The notes under the pieces were generated by a model. The model worked only from the letters and a program-made list of their open reading frames with translations. It had not been told where the DNA came from and searched no databases. A stretch of 63,913 nucleotides of DNA, the filler included, from Acidimicrobiia bacterium (GTDB taxonomy: Bacteria; Actinomycetota; Acidimicrobiia; Spongiisociales; JAENVV01): the NCBI GenBank assembly GCA_041577335.1. It is 3 parts of 3 records of this genome, joined end to end, with 100 filler letters (N's around TTAATTAATTAA, not from the genome) between each part and the next. Parts side by side here need not be neighbours in the genome. Positions count along the whole stretch, not along the records: positions 1 to 23,718 come from JBFGJH010000053.1; 2 more parts are not named here. One strand, written 5' to 3'. This document shows, one piece after another, positions 1-10,594 of this stretch. The translations under genes were made by a program, and so were the position numbers. Within the stretch, counting starts at the first letter, position 1. Each line of letters starts with the position of its first letter.

Positions 1-150
1 GTGCTGCCTCCCGATGTGGCCGACCAGACCCCGCTCAACCGAGTGATGAACGACGTAGCAACGCGCGATGTTCTCATCGCCGCCCGGTCCGATCCCGCGG
101 TGGCGCCGCCAGCTCGCGCTTTCATCGCCGCCATGACCGCAAGAGGTTGA
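1..150 (+). CDS. 3' end of a gene, possibly a LysR-family substrate-binding domain (partial)
   Basis: Frame 1 is open from the window edge: VLPPDVADQTPLNRVMNDVATRDVLIAARSDPAVAPPARAFIAAMTARG*, resembling the LysR C-terminal 'R.v.ia.r....P.araF' pattern. Confidence 0.35.
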   Translation: MLPPDVADQTPLNRVMNDVATRDVLIAARSDPAVAPPARAFIAAMTARG

Positions 151-727
151 AAACGTCGCCTGCCCTCACGAACTGGAACGAAGACGACATCTCATACTCC
201 GATGACCACTTCTCATTCGAGAACGTATCGCTCTACCCGAAGCCGGATGCCCGCGTCGCGTTTTGGTACGGCGGAGCCACGCCCGCGTCGCCACGCCGAG
301 CCGCCGAGTATTGCGATGGCTGGATGCCCGGACGAATCACTCTGAAGACAATCGCAAAAAGGGTTGCCCAAATGACCGATCTGGTCGCGGAGAACGGACG
401 ACCGATGCCAACTGTGGGCGTGGTCCCGCCGACGACGATCGCCACCACCGAGGAAGAAGCGTGGGCCTGCACCAGCGTCGCCGGCCTGTTGAAGTGGGCA
501 ACGATCGTGGCAAGTGGTGGGTGAAGCCTCCGTCGGGCAAGTTCGAGACGGTGGCCGACATCGAGGGATCGCTGATCGCCGGAATTCCCGACCAGGTCGT
601 AGAGCAAACGGCCAGATTCGCCACCGTCGGGGTCGACCATCTCGTTTTCGATCTCCGCCTGAGCTTCGATCGATGGATGGACAGCATCGAGTTGCTGGGC
701 ACCGAGGTGATTCCCAACCTCAGCTGA
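147..727 (+). pseudogene. LLM-class (luciferase-like) flavin/F420 oxidoreductase, N-terminally truncated and frameshifted
   Basis: ORF 147-524 (FSFENVSLYPKP...WYGG...RRAAEYCDGWMP) continues after a frameshift near 498-500 in ORF 263-727 (IAGIPDQVVEQ...GVDHLVF...IELLGTEVIP). The N-terminal half of the family fold is absent. Confidence 0.75.
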
Positions 728-1394
728 CTGAGAGGTGGCGCCGCGTGAGGTCGAGCCCGTCAAGCGCCGAGGCGCTCTCTCAGGTCCTGGATTAAGTGCT
801 GCCAAGAGCGAGCTCGTGTTCGCCGGCCTCCCGCCGCAACTCGAAGAGCTCCGAGCCGGGGGCGGCTGCTCGCTCAACCGCCTGCGCCGCCGTGGCCGTC
901 GCATACGTGGGACATCGCAGACGAATCTTGTCGACCCGCCAGTGCGCGATCAGCGAACCGGGATGCTTCCGGTCCCTTGATCGCCGACTTGCGACCCCGG
1001 TCGGCGGCGGCGATCCTATCGACACCGAAGTCGCCGAGATTGACGCGTGCCTCCGCCAAAGTCTTCGTGTGCGCGGAATCATAGTGAGGCGTGCAAATGG
1101 ATCCTCGACGGCGACGACGTCGGCGAAGGCAGGGAAGTGTGGCTGGAGGCGCCTCGCCCCGGTGAGCACGAACTGACCCAGATTGGGGTTGCGCCGGGCG
1201 AGGATGCTCGGGTGAGTTGTGAACTTAACAACGGTCGGCACAGGCGGCGACGATGTCAAACAGGAGCGTGCCGACTAGCGGCGACCGACCCACGCACCAT
1301 AACCCCTTTAGCCAATGATCTTTATGTTTGCTTGTTGGACGTGCCGGCGCATATTCTCCTCGAAGACGAGTGGGAGCGTGGAGTCCGAGGGAAT

Positions 1395-2639
1395 GTGAAA
1401 TCTACAACGCACGCGGATTTGGAGAGTGCTCTCACATCCGAGCTCATGCGATCGGATCCGCATCGAGTTCACCGGGCGCTGCGGGAAACCGCACCCGTGT
1501 ATTACAGCGCAGCGGTAGGGGGCTGGCTCGTGACCTCCTTCGACTTGGTCGAAGAAGTCTTGACCGACCAACGCCGATTCTCGAGCGCGGGCGCCGAGAT
1601 TCACTTCATCGAACGGCTTGATCCCGAGACCGCGCAAGACACGGCAACTTTGCGCCGCCATTTCGCGGTGCCTCAGTTGAACACATCGGATCCGCCCGAT
1701 CACACCCGAATCCGCAGGGCGTTTGGGCGCTCCTTCCTGACGCGCGATATCGCTCGCTATGCAGGCCGCATACAGGCGGCCGCGGACGAGCTTCTCGCAA
1801 ATGGGCTGCGGGCCGACCTGTTCGACGTCATTTCGAGCTTTGCCGAGCCGCTGCCTGTGCGGATCGTCTCCGAGATCATCGGCGTACCTGCCAGCCACCA
1901 AGATCGCATTCCAATCGTCACGATGGATCAGCGCTACTTCTTCGGAACGGTGCATCCGAGCGAGGTGACGGCGATCCAATTCGATGCCAGTCTCGAGGAG
2001 TGGCACGGGCTTCTCTCGGGATGGCTTCGAGATCGGCTCGTCGAGCCTAGAGATGACGTGATGACCCGGGCCGCCACCATTGTTGACGAGGGTGGCCTGT
2101 CGCGCGATGAGGCGATCGCGACGCTGTTGCATTTCGTCATTGCCGGAAACGGCACAACAACCGCACTCATCGGCAACATCATCTATGCGTTGGCGTCTCA
2201 TCCAGAGCAGCTCGATGCGCTCATTGAAGAACCCGACCTATTGAGCAACTGCATCGAGGAAACGCTGCGTTGGGAGGCGCCCCTCCCGCGCGATCGTCGT
2301 ATCGCGGTCGAAGAAACCACCCTTGACGGAATCATCATCAACAAGGGCGACAAGGTCTACAGCGTTCTCGCCGCCGCCAATCGCGATCCGGCCCACTTTG
2401 CAGACCCGGACACTTTCAATATCCACCGCAGTTTCACCACCAAACACCATGCCGCATTCGGGCGCGGCATCCACTTTTGCCTGGGCGCTCCGGTGGCTCG
2501 CCTCGAAGCGGCGATAGCCGTTCGTCAGTTGCTCGATCACATACCCCGCCTGAGGCTCGCGCCGCAGTTCCGCCCAAAGTGGCACGACATATCGACTCAC
2601 CGCGGACTCACCACGCTCCCAATCTTGACGGCCGCATGA
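1395..2639 (+). CDS. Cytochrome P450
   Basis: DPPDHTRIR, I-helix AGNGTT, EETLR (ExxR), heme motif FGRGIHFCLG; GTG start at 1395 after GAGGG RBS. Confidence 0.95.
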   Translation: MKSTTHADLESALTSELMRSDPHRVHRALRETAPVYYSAAVGGWLVTSFDLVEEVLTDQRRFSSAGAEIHFIERLDPETAQDTATLRRHFAVPQLNTSDPPDHTRIRRAFGRSFLTRDIARYAGRIQAAADELLANGLRADLFDVISSFAEPLPVRIVSEIIGVPASHQDRIPIVTMDQRYFFGTVHPSEVTAIQFDASLEEWHGLLSGWLRDRLVEPRDDVMTRAATIVDEGGLSRDEAIATLLHFVIAGNGTTTALIGNIIYALASHPEQLDALIEEPDLLSNCIEETLRWEAPLPRDRRIAVEETTLDGIIINKGDKVYSVLAAANRDPAHFADPDTFNIHRSFTTKHHAAFGRGIHFCLGAPVARLEAAIAVRQLLDHIPRLRLAPQFRPKWHDISTHRGLTTLPILTAA

Positions 2640-2857
2640 ACGAGGAGACCATCAGCTTTCCAGTCACCATCGAGGTCTCAGATGAGTGTCTTGGCACCGC
2701 CCAATGCGTAATGACTGCTCCCGGGCTCTTTGAGCTCGATGACGCAGAACGCTCCCGACCACGGCGGGCGATCCAGGACGACGCTGACTTGCAGCGGGCT
2801 CGTACCGCGGCGCGCAGCTGCCCGACGCAAGCGATCGCGCTCTTGCCCAATGAGTGA
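2636..2857 (+). CDS. Ferredoxin ([3Fe-4S] type), P450 partner
   Basis: CLGTAQC...APGLF...CPTQAI; ATGA overlap with the P450 stop. Confidence 0.9.
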   Translation: MNEETISFPVTIEVSDECLGTAQCVMTAPGLFELDDAERSRPRRAIQDDADLQRARTAARSCPTQAIALLPNE

Positions 2858-3878
2858 CGTAATCAACCCGCTCGTCAGCGGGGTGTACCGGCGTCAAGCA
2901 ACAGGGAACTCCTGGCCGCAGTCCCCGGCCCCACAACAAGAAGACATCGAATCGGCGACTGCAATCGTGCACGAAGCCTGGCCGCCGACGCCCATCGTCT
3001 TGTCGTTGCCGTTGAGTCGGATCTTTGACCGAGCGGTGTATCTCAAACTCGAAAGCCTGGCTCCGATCAGATCCTTCAAGTTTCGAGGCGCCCTGGTGTC
3101 AGCCGCAACGATCGCCAGCCAGCAGCCAGGAGCACACGTATACACGGCTTCGACCGGCAACCACGGTCAGGGCGTTGCCTACGCGGCGGCGCGCTTTGGA
3201 CTCGGCGTCACCGTCTATGCGCCGAGTAGCGCTCTCGATGAGAAAGTTCAGGCGATGCGGGATCTCGGAGCCAACGTGGTGATCGAAGGCGACAATCTCT
3301 CCGCAGCCCAGGCAGGCGCCGAACAAAGAGCCGATTCGGCTGGTGGCATCTACGTGGAGGACGGGGAGGATCCGTATCTGATGGCGGGAGCCGCCACCGT
3401 GGCATACGAAGTTGCCTCAACAGATCAGCCTGTGGACGCCATCGTGGTTCCCGTCGGCGGCGGCAACCTTGTAGCCGGTTCGCTCATGGCGGGCCGGCAC
3501 CTCTCGTCGAACCTAGACATCATCGGTGTCCAGTCGACGGCAGCCCCGGGCGCTACGGCAAGCTGGCTGGCAGGAAAGGTCGTGACCCGGCCGTGCAACA
3601 CATTCGCCGGCGGACTGGCGACTGAGTTTCCCGGTGAGATGTCTTGGCAGGTAATGGATGGCTGGCTGGAGACCATGGTTTTGGTGGATGATGACGATCT
3701 CTACCGCGCCGTGGCGCTGGCGTTTCGCCAGACCGGACTGATCATGGAAGGAGCAGCTGCGGCGACGATCGCGGCTCTTGCCGAGCATGGCGGGCAGATC
3801 CCCGCAGAGACGATCGCGCTGATCATCACGGGCAGCTGGTTGTCGCCCGCAGAGCTCAAGCGGGCCCTTGCATCGTGA
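2850..3878 (+). CDS. PLP-dependent threonine/serine dehydratase-family enzyme
   Basis: YLKLE...SFKFRGA (PLP lysine), ASTGNHGQG, VPVGGGNL. Confidence 0.9.
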   Translation: MSDVINPLVSGVYRRQATGNSWPQSPAPQQEDIESATAIVHEAWPPTPIVLSLPLSRIFDRAVYLKLESLAPIRSFKFRGALVSAATIASQQPGAHVYTASTGNHGQGVAYAAARFGLGVTVYAPSSALDEKVQAMRDLGANVVIEGDNLSAAQAGAEQRADSAGGIYVEDGEDPYLMAGAATVAYEVASTDQPVDAIVVPVGGGNLVAGSLMAGRHLSSNLDIIGVQSTAAPGATASWLAGKVVTRPCNTFAGGLATEFPGEMSWQVMDGWLETMVLVDDDDLYRAVALAFRQTGLIMEGAAAATIAALAEHGGQIPAETIALIITGSWLSPAELKRALAS

Positions 3879-5470
3879 GAAACAACATTCTCATTCGGGA
3901 TGGGATCGTGGTGGATGGATCCGGCGGCGCCGCATACCGTGCCGATGTCCTGGTCGAGGAAGACTCGATCAGCGCTGTCGGCCCCGACCTATCAGTTGGC
4001 AGCGATGCCAAGGTCGTAGAGGCAGCCGGAAAGATCGTCTGCCCGGGCTTCATCGATCTTCACTCGCATGCGGACTTCACGCTGCTGGCATTCCCCGGAG
4101 CCGAAAGTGCCCTGCGGCAGGGCATCACGACGGTGGCCGTTGGCAACTGCGGCGGCGGCGTGGCACCCACCTCTGAGCGATTTGATGTGCGCGAGGTCGC
4201 CTTCGCCGTCAGTCCCGAGTGGGGAGTCTCCTTGGACTGGAAGACCTTCGGCGAGTACGCCAGTCGGCTCGACGCAACTGCTATCAACGTTGCCCCGCTG
4301 GTCGCCCACGGAGCTATTCGGAACGCCACAATGGGCCTGGCCCAGCGATCGGCGTCTCCGGCCGAAGTCGCCGTCATGGAGGATTCACTCCGATCTGCGC
4401 TGGCAGAAGGAGCATTCGGAATGTCCACCGGGCTGCAGTACCTGCCGGGGAGTTGGGCGTCCCGGGACGAGATCCGCTCTCTCGTCACAATTGTGGGTGA
4501 GGCGGGCCGCACTTACGCGACTCACATGCGCAACAGGGCCGACCTGTTTGCCGATTCGACCCTAGAGGCCATCACGACGGCAGCGCACACCGGCGCCCAC
4601 CTCCAACTCTCACACTTCGCACCCCGGCCGTATGCGCCGCCAGAGCAAGTCGACGCCGCTTTCGCCGCCGTGGCCGAGGCTGTTGCAGGAGGCCAAGCCA
4701 TCGGTGTCGATACGTTTCCTGAGATCTGGGGCCCTGCCCTCTTGGTCGACCTATTCCCGGCCGAAGTCATGACGGGTTCGGTGGAAGAAGTGCTGGATCG
4801 GCTCGGCGAAGAATCGGTCCTGGCTTCGATCGACCAGTATTTCGAGTCGAAAGCGAGCTTCCTGGCGCGGATCGCTGGATACGACGAGATATACATATCT
4901 GGTATGCCAAAGCCCGACGCTCGAATCGGACTCTCGCTAGGTGAGCTGGCGGATCGTGCGGGCCGCTCGGTAGGACGGCTGAGCTCCACTTTGCTACGCG
5001 AGGCCGGCGAGCTGTATCGGACCGTTGGGATACGCCACATCTATGCGACAGAAAGCGACCTGCGCCGCACGCTCGAGTTGCCCTACTGCAGTGTCGAGAG
5101 CGACGGCATTGTCACAACCGGTGAGGGGTCCGAGTGCTCGCTGAGCTGGAACGCATCTACTTACGGCTACACGGCTCGTGTCCTCGAGCACTACGTCCGT
5201 GGCGAGGAATTCCTCACGCTTGAAGACGCCATTCACAAGATGACCGCCCTGCCGGCCCAAGCACTCAACCTCCGCTCCCGCGGCACCCTCCAACCCGGCT
5301 TCTACGCGGACGTGGTCGTGCTCGATTTGGATGCGATCGAGGATCGAACAAGACCCGATGACATGGCGAGATATCCGGCGGGCATCGAAATGGTCCTGGT
5401 CAACGGCATGGTCGCGTACCAAGGACCGAGCGATGCCGGGTTCCGGTATGGGCGGCTGCTGCAGCCATGA
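3875..5470 (+). CDS. N-acyl-D-amino-acid deacylase (D-aminoacylase) family amidohydrolase
   Basis: PGFIDLHSHAD, QGITT..GNCG, GMSTGLQY.PG, THMRN, AIHKMT..PA. Confidence 0.92.
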   Translation: MRNNILIRDGIVVDGSGGAAYRADVLVEEDSISAVGPDLSVGSDAKVVEAAGKIVCPGFIDLHSHADFTLLAFPGAESALRQGITTVAVGNCGGGVAPTSERFDVREVAFAVSPEWGVSLDWKTFGEYASRLDATAINVAPLVAHGAIRNATMGLAQRSASPAEVAVMEDSLRSALAEGAFGMSTGLQYLPGSWASRDEIRSLVTIVGEAGRTYATHMRNRADLFADSTLEAITTAAHTGAHLQLSHFAPRPYAPPEQVDAAFAAVAEAVAGGQAIGVDTFPEIWGPALLVDLFPAEVMTGSVEEVLDRLGEESVLASIDQYFESKASFLARIAGYDEIYISGMPKPDARIGLSLGELADRAGRSVGRLSSTLLREAGELYRTVGIRHIYATESDLRRTLELPYCSVESDGIVTTGEGSECSLSWNASTYGYTARVLEHYVRGEEFLTLEDAIHKMTALPAQALNLRSRGTLQPGFYADVVVLDLDAIEDRTRPDDMARYPAGIEMVLVNGMVAYQGPSDAGFRYGRLLQP

Positions 5471-6783
5471 CCGCCACTGCTCCGCAGCGCATCGAAGCCG
5501 ACCTTCTCATCCCTGGCGGCGCAGCCTCGATAGATATGGGAGTAGTAGTCATTGAGAACGAGCGCATCGCTTACGCGGGGCCGGCCGGTGCCGCTCCTCC
5601 AACGCCGGGAGCAGCGGTGTGGCGCGTGCCGACCGTCATGCCGGGCCTGTGGGACGCCCATTGTCACTTCTTCGGTATACGAGAGGTCGACCTCGGGCTC
5701 TTAGCGGCAGAATCGCCAATTCAGCGCGCATTACGGATCGGTGAAGACGCACGGAGAGCACTCATGGCCGGGATCACCAGCGTGCGAGAAGTTGGTGGAC
5801 TGGGGGTCTACCTAGCCCGAGCCGTGGCCGAAGGCACTGTGACCGGTCCGACCGTCTACGCGGCAGGCGCCATCCTCTCCATGACTGGAGGCCACGGCGA
5901 CATCCATCACGTTCCGATTTCCTGGATGCAATCGAGTGAGCGGGTCGTCGACTTGGAGTTGTGCGACGGGGTGCCCGAGTGCATCCGCGCGGTGCGCCGC
6001 CAGCTGCGACGGGGCGCCTGCGTCATCAAAGTGTCTGCGACAGGAGGGGTGCTCAGCCTCGACGACCTCGAACACCCGCAGTTCTCACATGAGGAACTGA
6101 CGGCGATCGTCGAAGAAGCGGCCCGAGCCGACCGCCTGGTGGCTGCCCATTGCCACGGCAAGGCCGGGATCATGGCTGCGATACGCGCCGGCGTGCGCAC
6201 CATCGAACACGGCACATACCTCGACGAGGAATCCGCATCGGCAATGGCAGACTCCGGTGCGATCCTTGTACCTACGCGCTTCGTGGGCCACGACGTGTTG
6301 CGCGATCCAGACGCAGCCGGTCTGCCGGAGTTCGCCAGGGCCAAGCTGGCGGCGGCGTACGAGCGAGGCCGCCAAGCGCTTGGACACGCCATCTCCGCCG
6401 GCGTCAAAATCGCGGCCGGCACTGACATGATCTCGAGTGGGTCCCACTGGGGCCACAACGGGTTCGAGCTGCAGCTCCTCACCGAGTGCGGCCTGTCCCC
6501 GTTCGAGGCGATCAGGGCCGCCACGGTGACCGCTGCTCTCACAGTCGGCAGACAGGCCGAGGGTCCGGGCGCGATTGTTGCCGACGCCCCGGCGGACTTG
6601 ATCGTGGTAGCGGGCAATCCGCTAGACGACGTTTCCCTCCTCGGAGGCCCAGACCAGGTCACCCACGTCTGGCAACGGGGTCGCCTTGTGAAGGCGCCAT
6701 CTGACTCCGGTCGGCATCCCGGTGGCATGGACCCTCGTAGAGTAAGCAACCCGATTCCGGAAGGAACGGCCTGGAATGACTGA
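5467..6783 (+). CDS. Metal-dependent amidohydrolase (Xaa-Pro dipeptidase-like)
   Basis: MPGLWDAHCH, TGGHGD, IKVSATGGV, AAHCHG, TIEHG, AGTD. Confidence 0.9.
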   Translation: MTATAPQRIEADLLIPGGAASIDMGVVVIENERIAYAGPAGAAPPTPGAAVWRVPTVMPGLWDAHCHFFGIREVDLGLLAAESPIQRALRIGEDARRALMAGITSVREVGGLGVYLARAVAEGTVTGPTVYAAGAILSMTGGHGDIHHVPISWMQSSERVVDLELCDGVPECIRAVRRQLRRGACVIKVSATGGVLSLDDLEHPQFSHEELTAIVEEAARADRLVAAHCHGKAGIMAAIRAGVRTIEHGTYLDEESASAMADSGAILVPTRFVGHDVLRDPDAAGLPEFARAKLAAAYERGRQALGHAISAGVKIAAGTDMISSGSHWGHNGFELQLLTECGLSPFEAIRAATVTAALTVGRQAEGPGAIVADAPADLIVVAGNPLDDVSLLGGPDQVTHVWQRGRLVKAPSDSGRHPGGMDPRRVSNPIPEGTAWND

Positions 6784-7540
6784 CATCTCGTCACGACAAC
6801 AAGAATTGCGATTCCACCACATTTCTGCGGCGCGCGCCCATGAAGAGGTGATCGCCCAGATCACCTTTGCCATCCGATCCGGTTGGCTGAAACCGGGCGA
6901 TCGCCTTCCTACGATCGAAGTGCTCGCAGAGATGACTGATGTCAGCAAGCCCGTCATAGGCGAGGCCGTCAAGGTCCTGCGGGATCACGGAGTTCTCCGA
7001 TCCAAACGAGGTGTCCAGGGTGGGGTAACGGTGGTGTCTGAAGATGTTCCGGTGACCCTCATGCGCCGTACAGCCGGCTGGCGGAGCGCCGCCCTCGCCG
7101 AATTGGTCGAGGCCAGGCGTCCGATCGAAATGGAGCTGGCCCTGCTTGCGGGAGAGCGCGCCACTGGCTACGACATCGAACAAATGCGCGACTCCATAGT
7201 CCGCTACGAGAAAGCGGTGGAAGCCGGCGAAGACGATGGAACGATCCGCCATCTCAACCACCTGTTTCACTACTCGTTCGGCAGCGCTGCCAGAAGCGAA
7301 ATGCTCGCCTACTACCAACACCAAATTCTCGGCGAGATTGCAATCCTGCTACATGACTACTACATCAACCAGGAGGACCCCGATCTCGTGATCCGAACAC
7401 ACCGGGCGACCCTCGAGGCCATCGAGAGCAAGGATGCCGCCAAGATTCGCAAAGCCATGGAGTGGCATCTCGAGAACCTCGAGAACCTAGCTTCATCCCC
7501 CTCGCTCGCTGAACTGTTCGAGAAGCCGAAGGGTGCCTGA
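6776..7540 (+). CDS. GntR/FadR-family transcriptional regulator
   Basis: LKPGDRLP...LAE...VSKPVIGEAVKVL winged HTH followed by an FCD domain. Confidence 0.92.
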   Translation: MTDISSRQQELRFHHISAARAHEEVIAQITFAIRSGWLKPGDRLPTIEVLAEMTDVSKPVIGEAVKVLRDHGVLRSKRGVQGGVTVVSEDVPVTLMRRTAGWRSAALAELVEARRPIEMELALLAGERATGYDIEQMRDSIVRYEKAVEAGEDDGTIRHLNHLFHYSFGSAARSEMLAYYQHQILGEIAILLHDYYINQEDPDLVIRTHRATLEAIESKDAAKIRKAMEWHLENLENLASSPSLAELFEKPKGA

Positions 7541-8540
7541 TCCGATCCGCGTCGCCGTAGCCGGCTGTGGATTCCAAGGCCAGTATCACGCTGCGAACAT
7601 AGCTGCCCATGATCGGGCAGAGTTGGCAGTCTGCTGCGATATCGACGGGAGGCTTGCCCGCAACGTCGGCAACCGCTACGGCGCAGCTGCGACTACCAAC
7701 TACCAAGCTGTTCTCGACGATGCCACGATCGACGCAGTCGTCATTGCCACAACCACCAATACCCACGCTCCCTTGGCCATCGCCGCTGCGGCGCATGACA
7801 AACACGTCCTGCTTGAGAAGCCAATGGCTCTCGACGTGTCTGAATGCCTTGCGATTGAAGCGGCGGTCGCCGCGGCCGGCATCACGATGATGATCGGATA
7901 CAAGTTCCGGTTCATGCAGTCGGCGATCGCGGCCCGCCGCGCTGTACCTGAACCACTGGTACTGACCGCGCACACTCTTTACGACTACACGCAGAACACC
8001 TCTTCATGGGTGAACGATCGATCCCTCAGCGGTGGTCGGGTTACCAGCTCGATGGTCCACTCCGTCGACTTGCTGCGCTTCCTGGCAGGCGCCGAGGTCA
8101 CGACGGTTACGGCTATCGGAGGCAACCTGGCCATCGAGGGACTCAACGACATAGACAACGTCGTCGCCGCCCTCCAGTTCGACAACGGCGCCATCGCCTC
8201 ACTCGTTCATGGAACGGCCGGCGAGTCGGACCTACTGTCCGTCTGGTCGTTCCAGACTGCGGGTCGCGGCATCAACGCCACGATTCACCAACATGGGCGG
8301 CGGGTTGTGATCCACGACGCATCTACCGATGATCCGGCCACGGCGAGGGTTGACGCGATCGACGACCCTTTTGCTGCAGGGACGATGGAGCTGCTGGATG
8401 CCTTCCTGGAGGCCATCGCAACTGAAGGGCCCGCTACGGCCGGGCCGCGCGACGGGACAATTGCCCTGTTGATCTGTAGAGCGATCGAAGCCGCCGTCGC
8501 TACCGGACAATCGCAACCCATCGAATGGCTACCAGAGTGA
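7533..8540 (+). CDS. Gfo/Idh/MocA-family oxidoreductase
   Basis: VAVAGCGFQG, KHVLLEKPMA, HSVDLL. Confidence 0.92.
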   Translation: MPDPIRVAVAGCGFQGQYHAANIAAHDRAELAVCCDIDGRLARNVGNRYGAAATTNYQAVLDDATIDAVVIATTTNTHAPLAIAAAAHDKHVLLEKPMALDVSECLAIEAAVAAAGITMMIGYKFRFMQSAIAARRAVPEPLVLTAHTLYDYTQNTSSWVNDRSLSGGRVTSSMVHSVDLLRFLAGAEVTTVTAIGGNLAIEGLNDIDNVVAALQFDNGAIASLVHGTAGESDLLSVWSFQTAGRGINATIHQHGRRVVIHDASTDDPATARVDAIDDPFAAGTMELLDAFLEAIATEGPATAGPRDGTIALLICRAIEAAVATGQSQPIEWLPE

Positions 8541-8553
8541 CACTCAACACGGG

Positions 8554-9522
8554 CTAACGACTCTCATTGACCCTGGGGTCGAGGGCATCACGTAGACCGT
8601 CGCCGACGAAGTTGATGGACAACACGGTCAGAGTGATCAGGAGCCCGGGCGGAATCCAGAGCCACGGCATGGTCTCGAGCACCGTCAGCGACTGCGCCTC
8701 GTTGAGGATCCCACCCCACGACGGCGTGGGCGGTGCAATACCAAACCCGAGGAATGCGAGCGCAGATTCAACAAGAATCGCCTGCGCCGCCAGCAGGGTG
8801 CCGGCGACTGTCAACGGTCCGATTGCCGCGGGAAGCACGTGACGCAATGTCGTATGGAGTCCCTTGGCGCCGAAGGCACGAGCGGCGTGGACAAACTCGA
8901 GCTCCTTGATCGACACGGTCATGTTGCGCACCAGCCGACATGCCAACGGCCATTGGAAAAGGGCCATCACCAGCACGATCGTGCCGACGGTTCGGCCGAA
9001 TCTCGTGATGAAGAAGATGATCAGGACAAGAGTGGGGAATGAAAGCACGACCTCGACAAGCCGCATGATCACCCAGTCGGCGATTCCGCCCCGATACCCA
9101 GCTACCAGGCCGAGCGCCAGACCCAGCAAGACCGTTGATGCCGCGGCGGCAAAGCCGATTGTGAGCGACACCCGGCCGCCGTGGAGGACTCGAGCCAGCA
9201 CGTCACGTCCGGCTTGATCTGTCCCGAGCAGGTGCTCGCGCGACGGCGTATCGAGCACGGAGGACAAGTCGATCGCAGACGGGTTGACTTTGGCGAACAC
9301 CGGAGCCCCTACGGAAGCGACGATGACGATGAGCAGGATGAAGACGCCAAGCACCGCCAGTTTGTTTCTCAGAAAGCGGCGTAACGCTCGCTTCGCTGGA
9401 GACCGCGGCGGCGTCGTTGGCAGCGCATCGACGTCTGGAATCTCGCGCGGCTTGAGCGAATCCAGCGCCGCGACGATTGGATCCACCGGTGGCCTCGATG
9501 CGGGATCATGAGTGTCTCTCAC
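8554..9522 (-). CDS. Oligopeptide/dipeptide ABC transporter permease (OppC/DppC-like)
   Basis: HLLGTDQAGRD, EFVHAARAFGA (EAA), ESALAFLGFG, GDGLRDALDP. Confidence 0.95.
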   Translation of the reverse strand: MRDTHDPASRPPVDPIVAALDSLKPREIPDVDALPTTPPRSPAKRALRRFLRNKLAVLGVFILLIVIVASVGAPVFAKVNPSAIDLSSVLDTPSREHLLGTDQAGRDVLARVLHGGRVSLTIGFAAAASTVLLGLALGLVAGYRGGIADWVIMRLVEVVLSFPTLVLIIFFITRFGRTVGTIVLVMALFQWPLACRLVRNMTVSIKELEFVHAARAFGAKGLHTTLRHVLPAAIGPLTVAGTLLAAQAILVESALAFLGFGIAPPTPSWGGILNEAQSLTVLETMPWLWIPPGLLITLTVLSINFVGDGLRDALDPRVNESR

Positions 9523-10481
9523 GTTGTGTTCCCGACACGAACTCGTGGATCAAGCCACGCAATGAAGAGGTCGAGGATCAGCTGTGACACCACAACGATG
9601 AGCGCCACGACGAGGGTGAACGCAATGATGACTGGAAAGTCCCGGCGCGTTATCGAGTTGAAGACGATCAAGCCGGCGCCGGGCCATGCGAACATCGTTT
9701 CAATCACGATGGCGCCTCCGACCAGGAGCGGGATCTGAACGATGGTCACCGTGGCAATCGGGATCGCCGCGTTCTTCAGTACGTGTTTGCCTATCACCAG
9801 TCGGCGGGCTGCTCCTCGAGCGCGAGCCGCGGTGATATACGGCTCATTGAGCACCTCGAGTGCCGACTGACGCGTGTAACGCATGTAGGGGCCAAAAAGG
9901 GCGGCGCTGAGAACGCCGACCGGCAGAATCATGTGCTTCAACTGGGTGGCGAGAGCCCCTTCGCCCATGCCACCGGCAGGCAGCCAGCGCAGCTTGACCC
10001 CGAAGATGTAGATAGCAGCAAGCGCCGTGAAGAAGCTGGGAATGGCAATCACCGACATGCCGATTGCTGAGGCCGCGTAATCGAACGCTCGGTTTCGCCG
10101 CAACGCCGCCATCAGGCCAACCGGAAGCGCAACCAAGAGCGCGATCACCATGGACGATCCCATGAGCAGCAGGGTGGGACTTGCTCGCTCCGCCAACACC
10201 TCGGTCACGGGTCGCTGCAACTGGAATGAGAAGCCCATGTTGCCTTGGAAAAGCTCTCCAACCCAATGAAAGAACTGCAGGATGATTGGGTCATTGAGCC
10301 CAAATCGTTCGCGTTGAGCCTCGAGAAACTCGACTCCCTCTGGACCCTGCAGGAGGTCGGGCGGGATCAACATGAGGAGCGGGTCACCCGGCATGGACTG
10401 GACGAGGACGAAAGCCATAAGCATTATCCCGGTGACGACTGGGATAGCCGCAAGTAGCCGACGTACCACATATCGACCCAA
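9519..10481 (-). CDS. Oligopeptide/dipeptide ABC transporter permease (OppB/DppB-like)
   Basis: MPGDP, YITAARARG, HVLKNA, IETMFAWPG, LDPRVR. Confidence 0.95.
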   Translation of the reverse strand: MGRYVVRRLLAAIPVVTGIMLMAFVLVQSMPGDPLLMLIPPDLLQGPEGVEFLEAQRERFGLNDPIILQFFHWVGELFQGNMGFSFQLQRPVTEVLAERASPTLLLMGSSMVIALLVALPVGLMAALRRNRAFDYAASAIGMSVIAIPSFFTALAAIYIFGVKLRWLPAGGMGEGALATQLKHMILPVGVLSAALFGPYMRYTRQSALEVLNEPYITAARARGAARRLVIGKHVLKNAAIPIATVTIVQIPLLVGGAIVIETMFAWPGAGLIVFNSITRRDFPVIIAFTLVVALIVVVSQLILDLFIAWLDPRVRVGNTT

Positions 10482-10530
10482 TTCCTCACCTCCTCACTCG
10501 TCCAATATGTTGAATGTGTGCGCAGTATGG

Positions 10531-10565
10531 AGTCGGGGCGCCCCGGTCCGTGGGACGCCCCGACT
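10531..10565 (-). terminator. Stem-loop between the solute-binding protein and permease genes (attenuator or mRNA stabiliser)
   Basis: Inverted repeat AGTCGGGGCG-CCC...GGG-ACGCCCCGACT. Confidence 0.55.
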
Positions 10566-10594
10566 GTCAACTTACCCTTGCGAGGTTTCTCCTA

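Noticed and set aside
792..1259. 155-aa minus-strand ORF upstream of the P450
   Set aside because: No recognisable motif or RBS; cannot be supported as a gene, possibly decayed sequence
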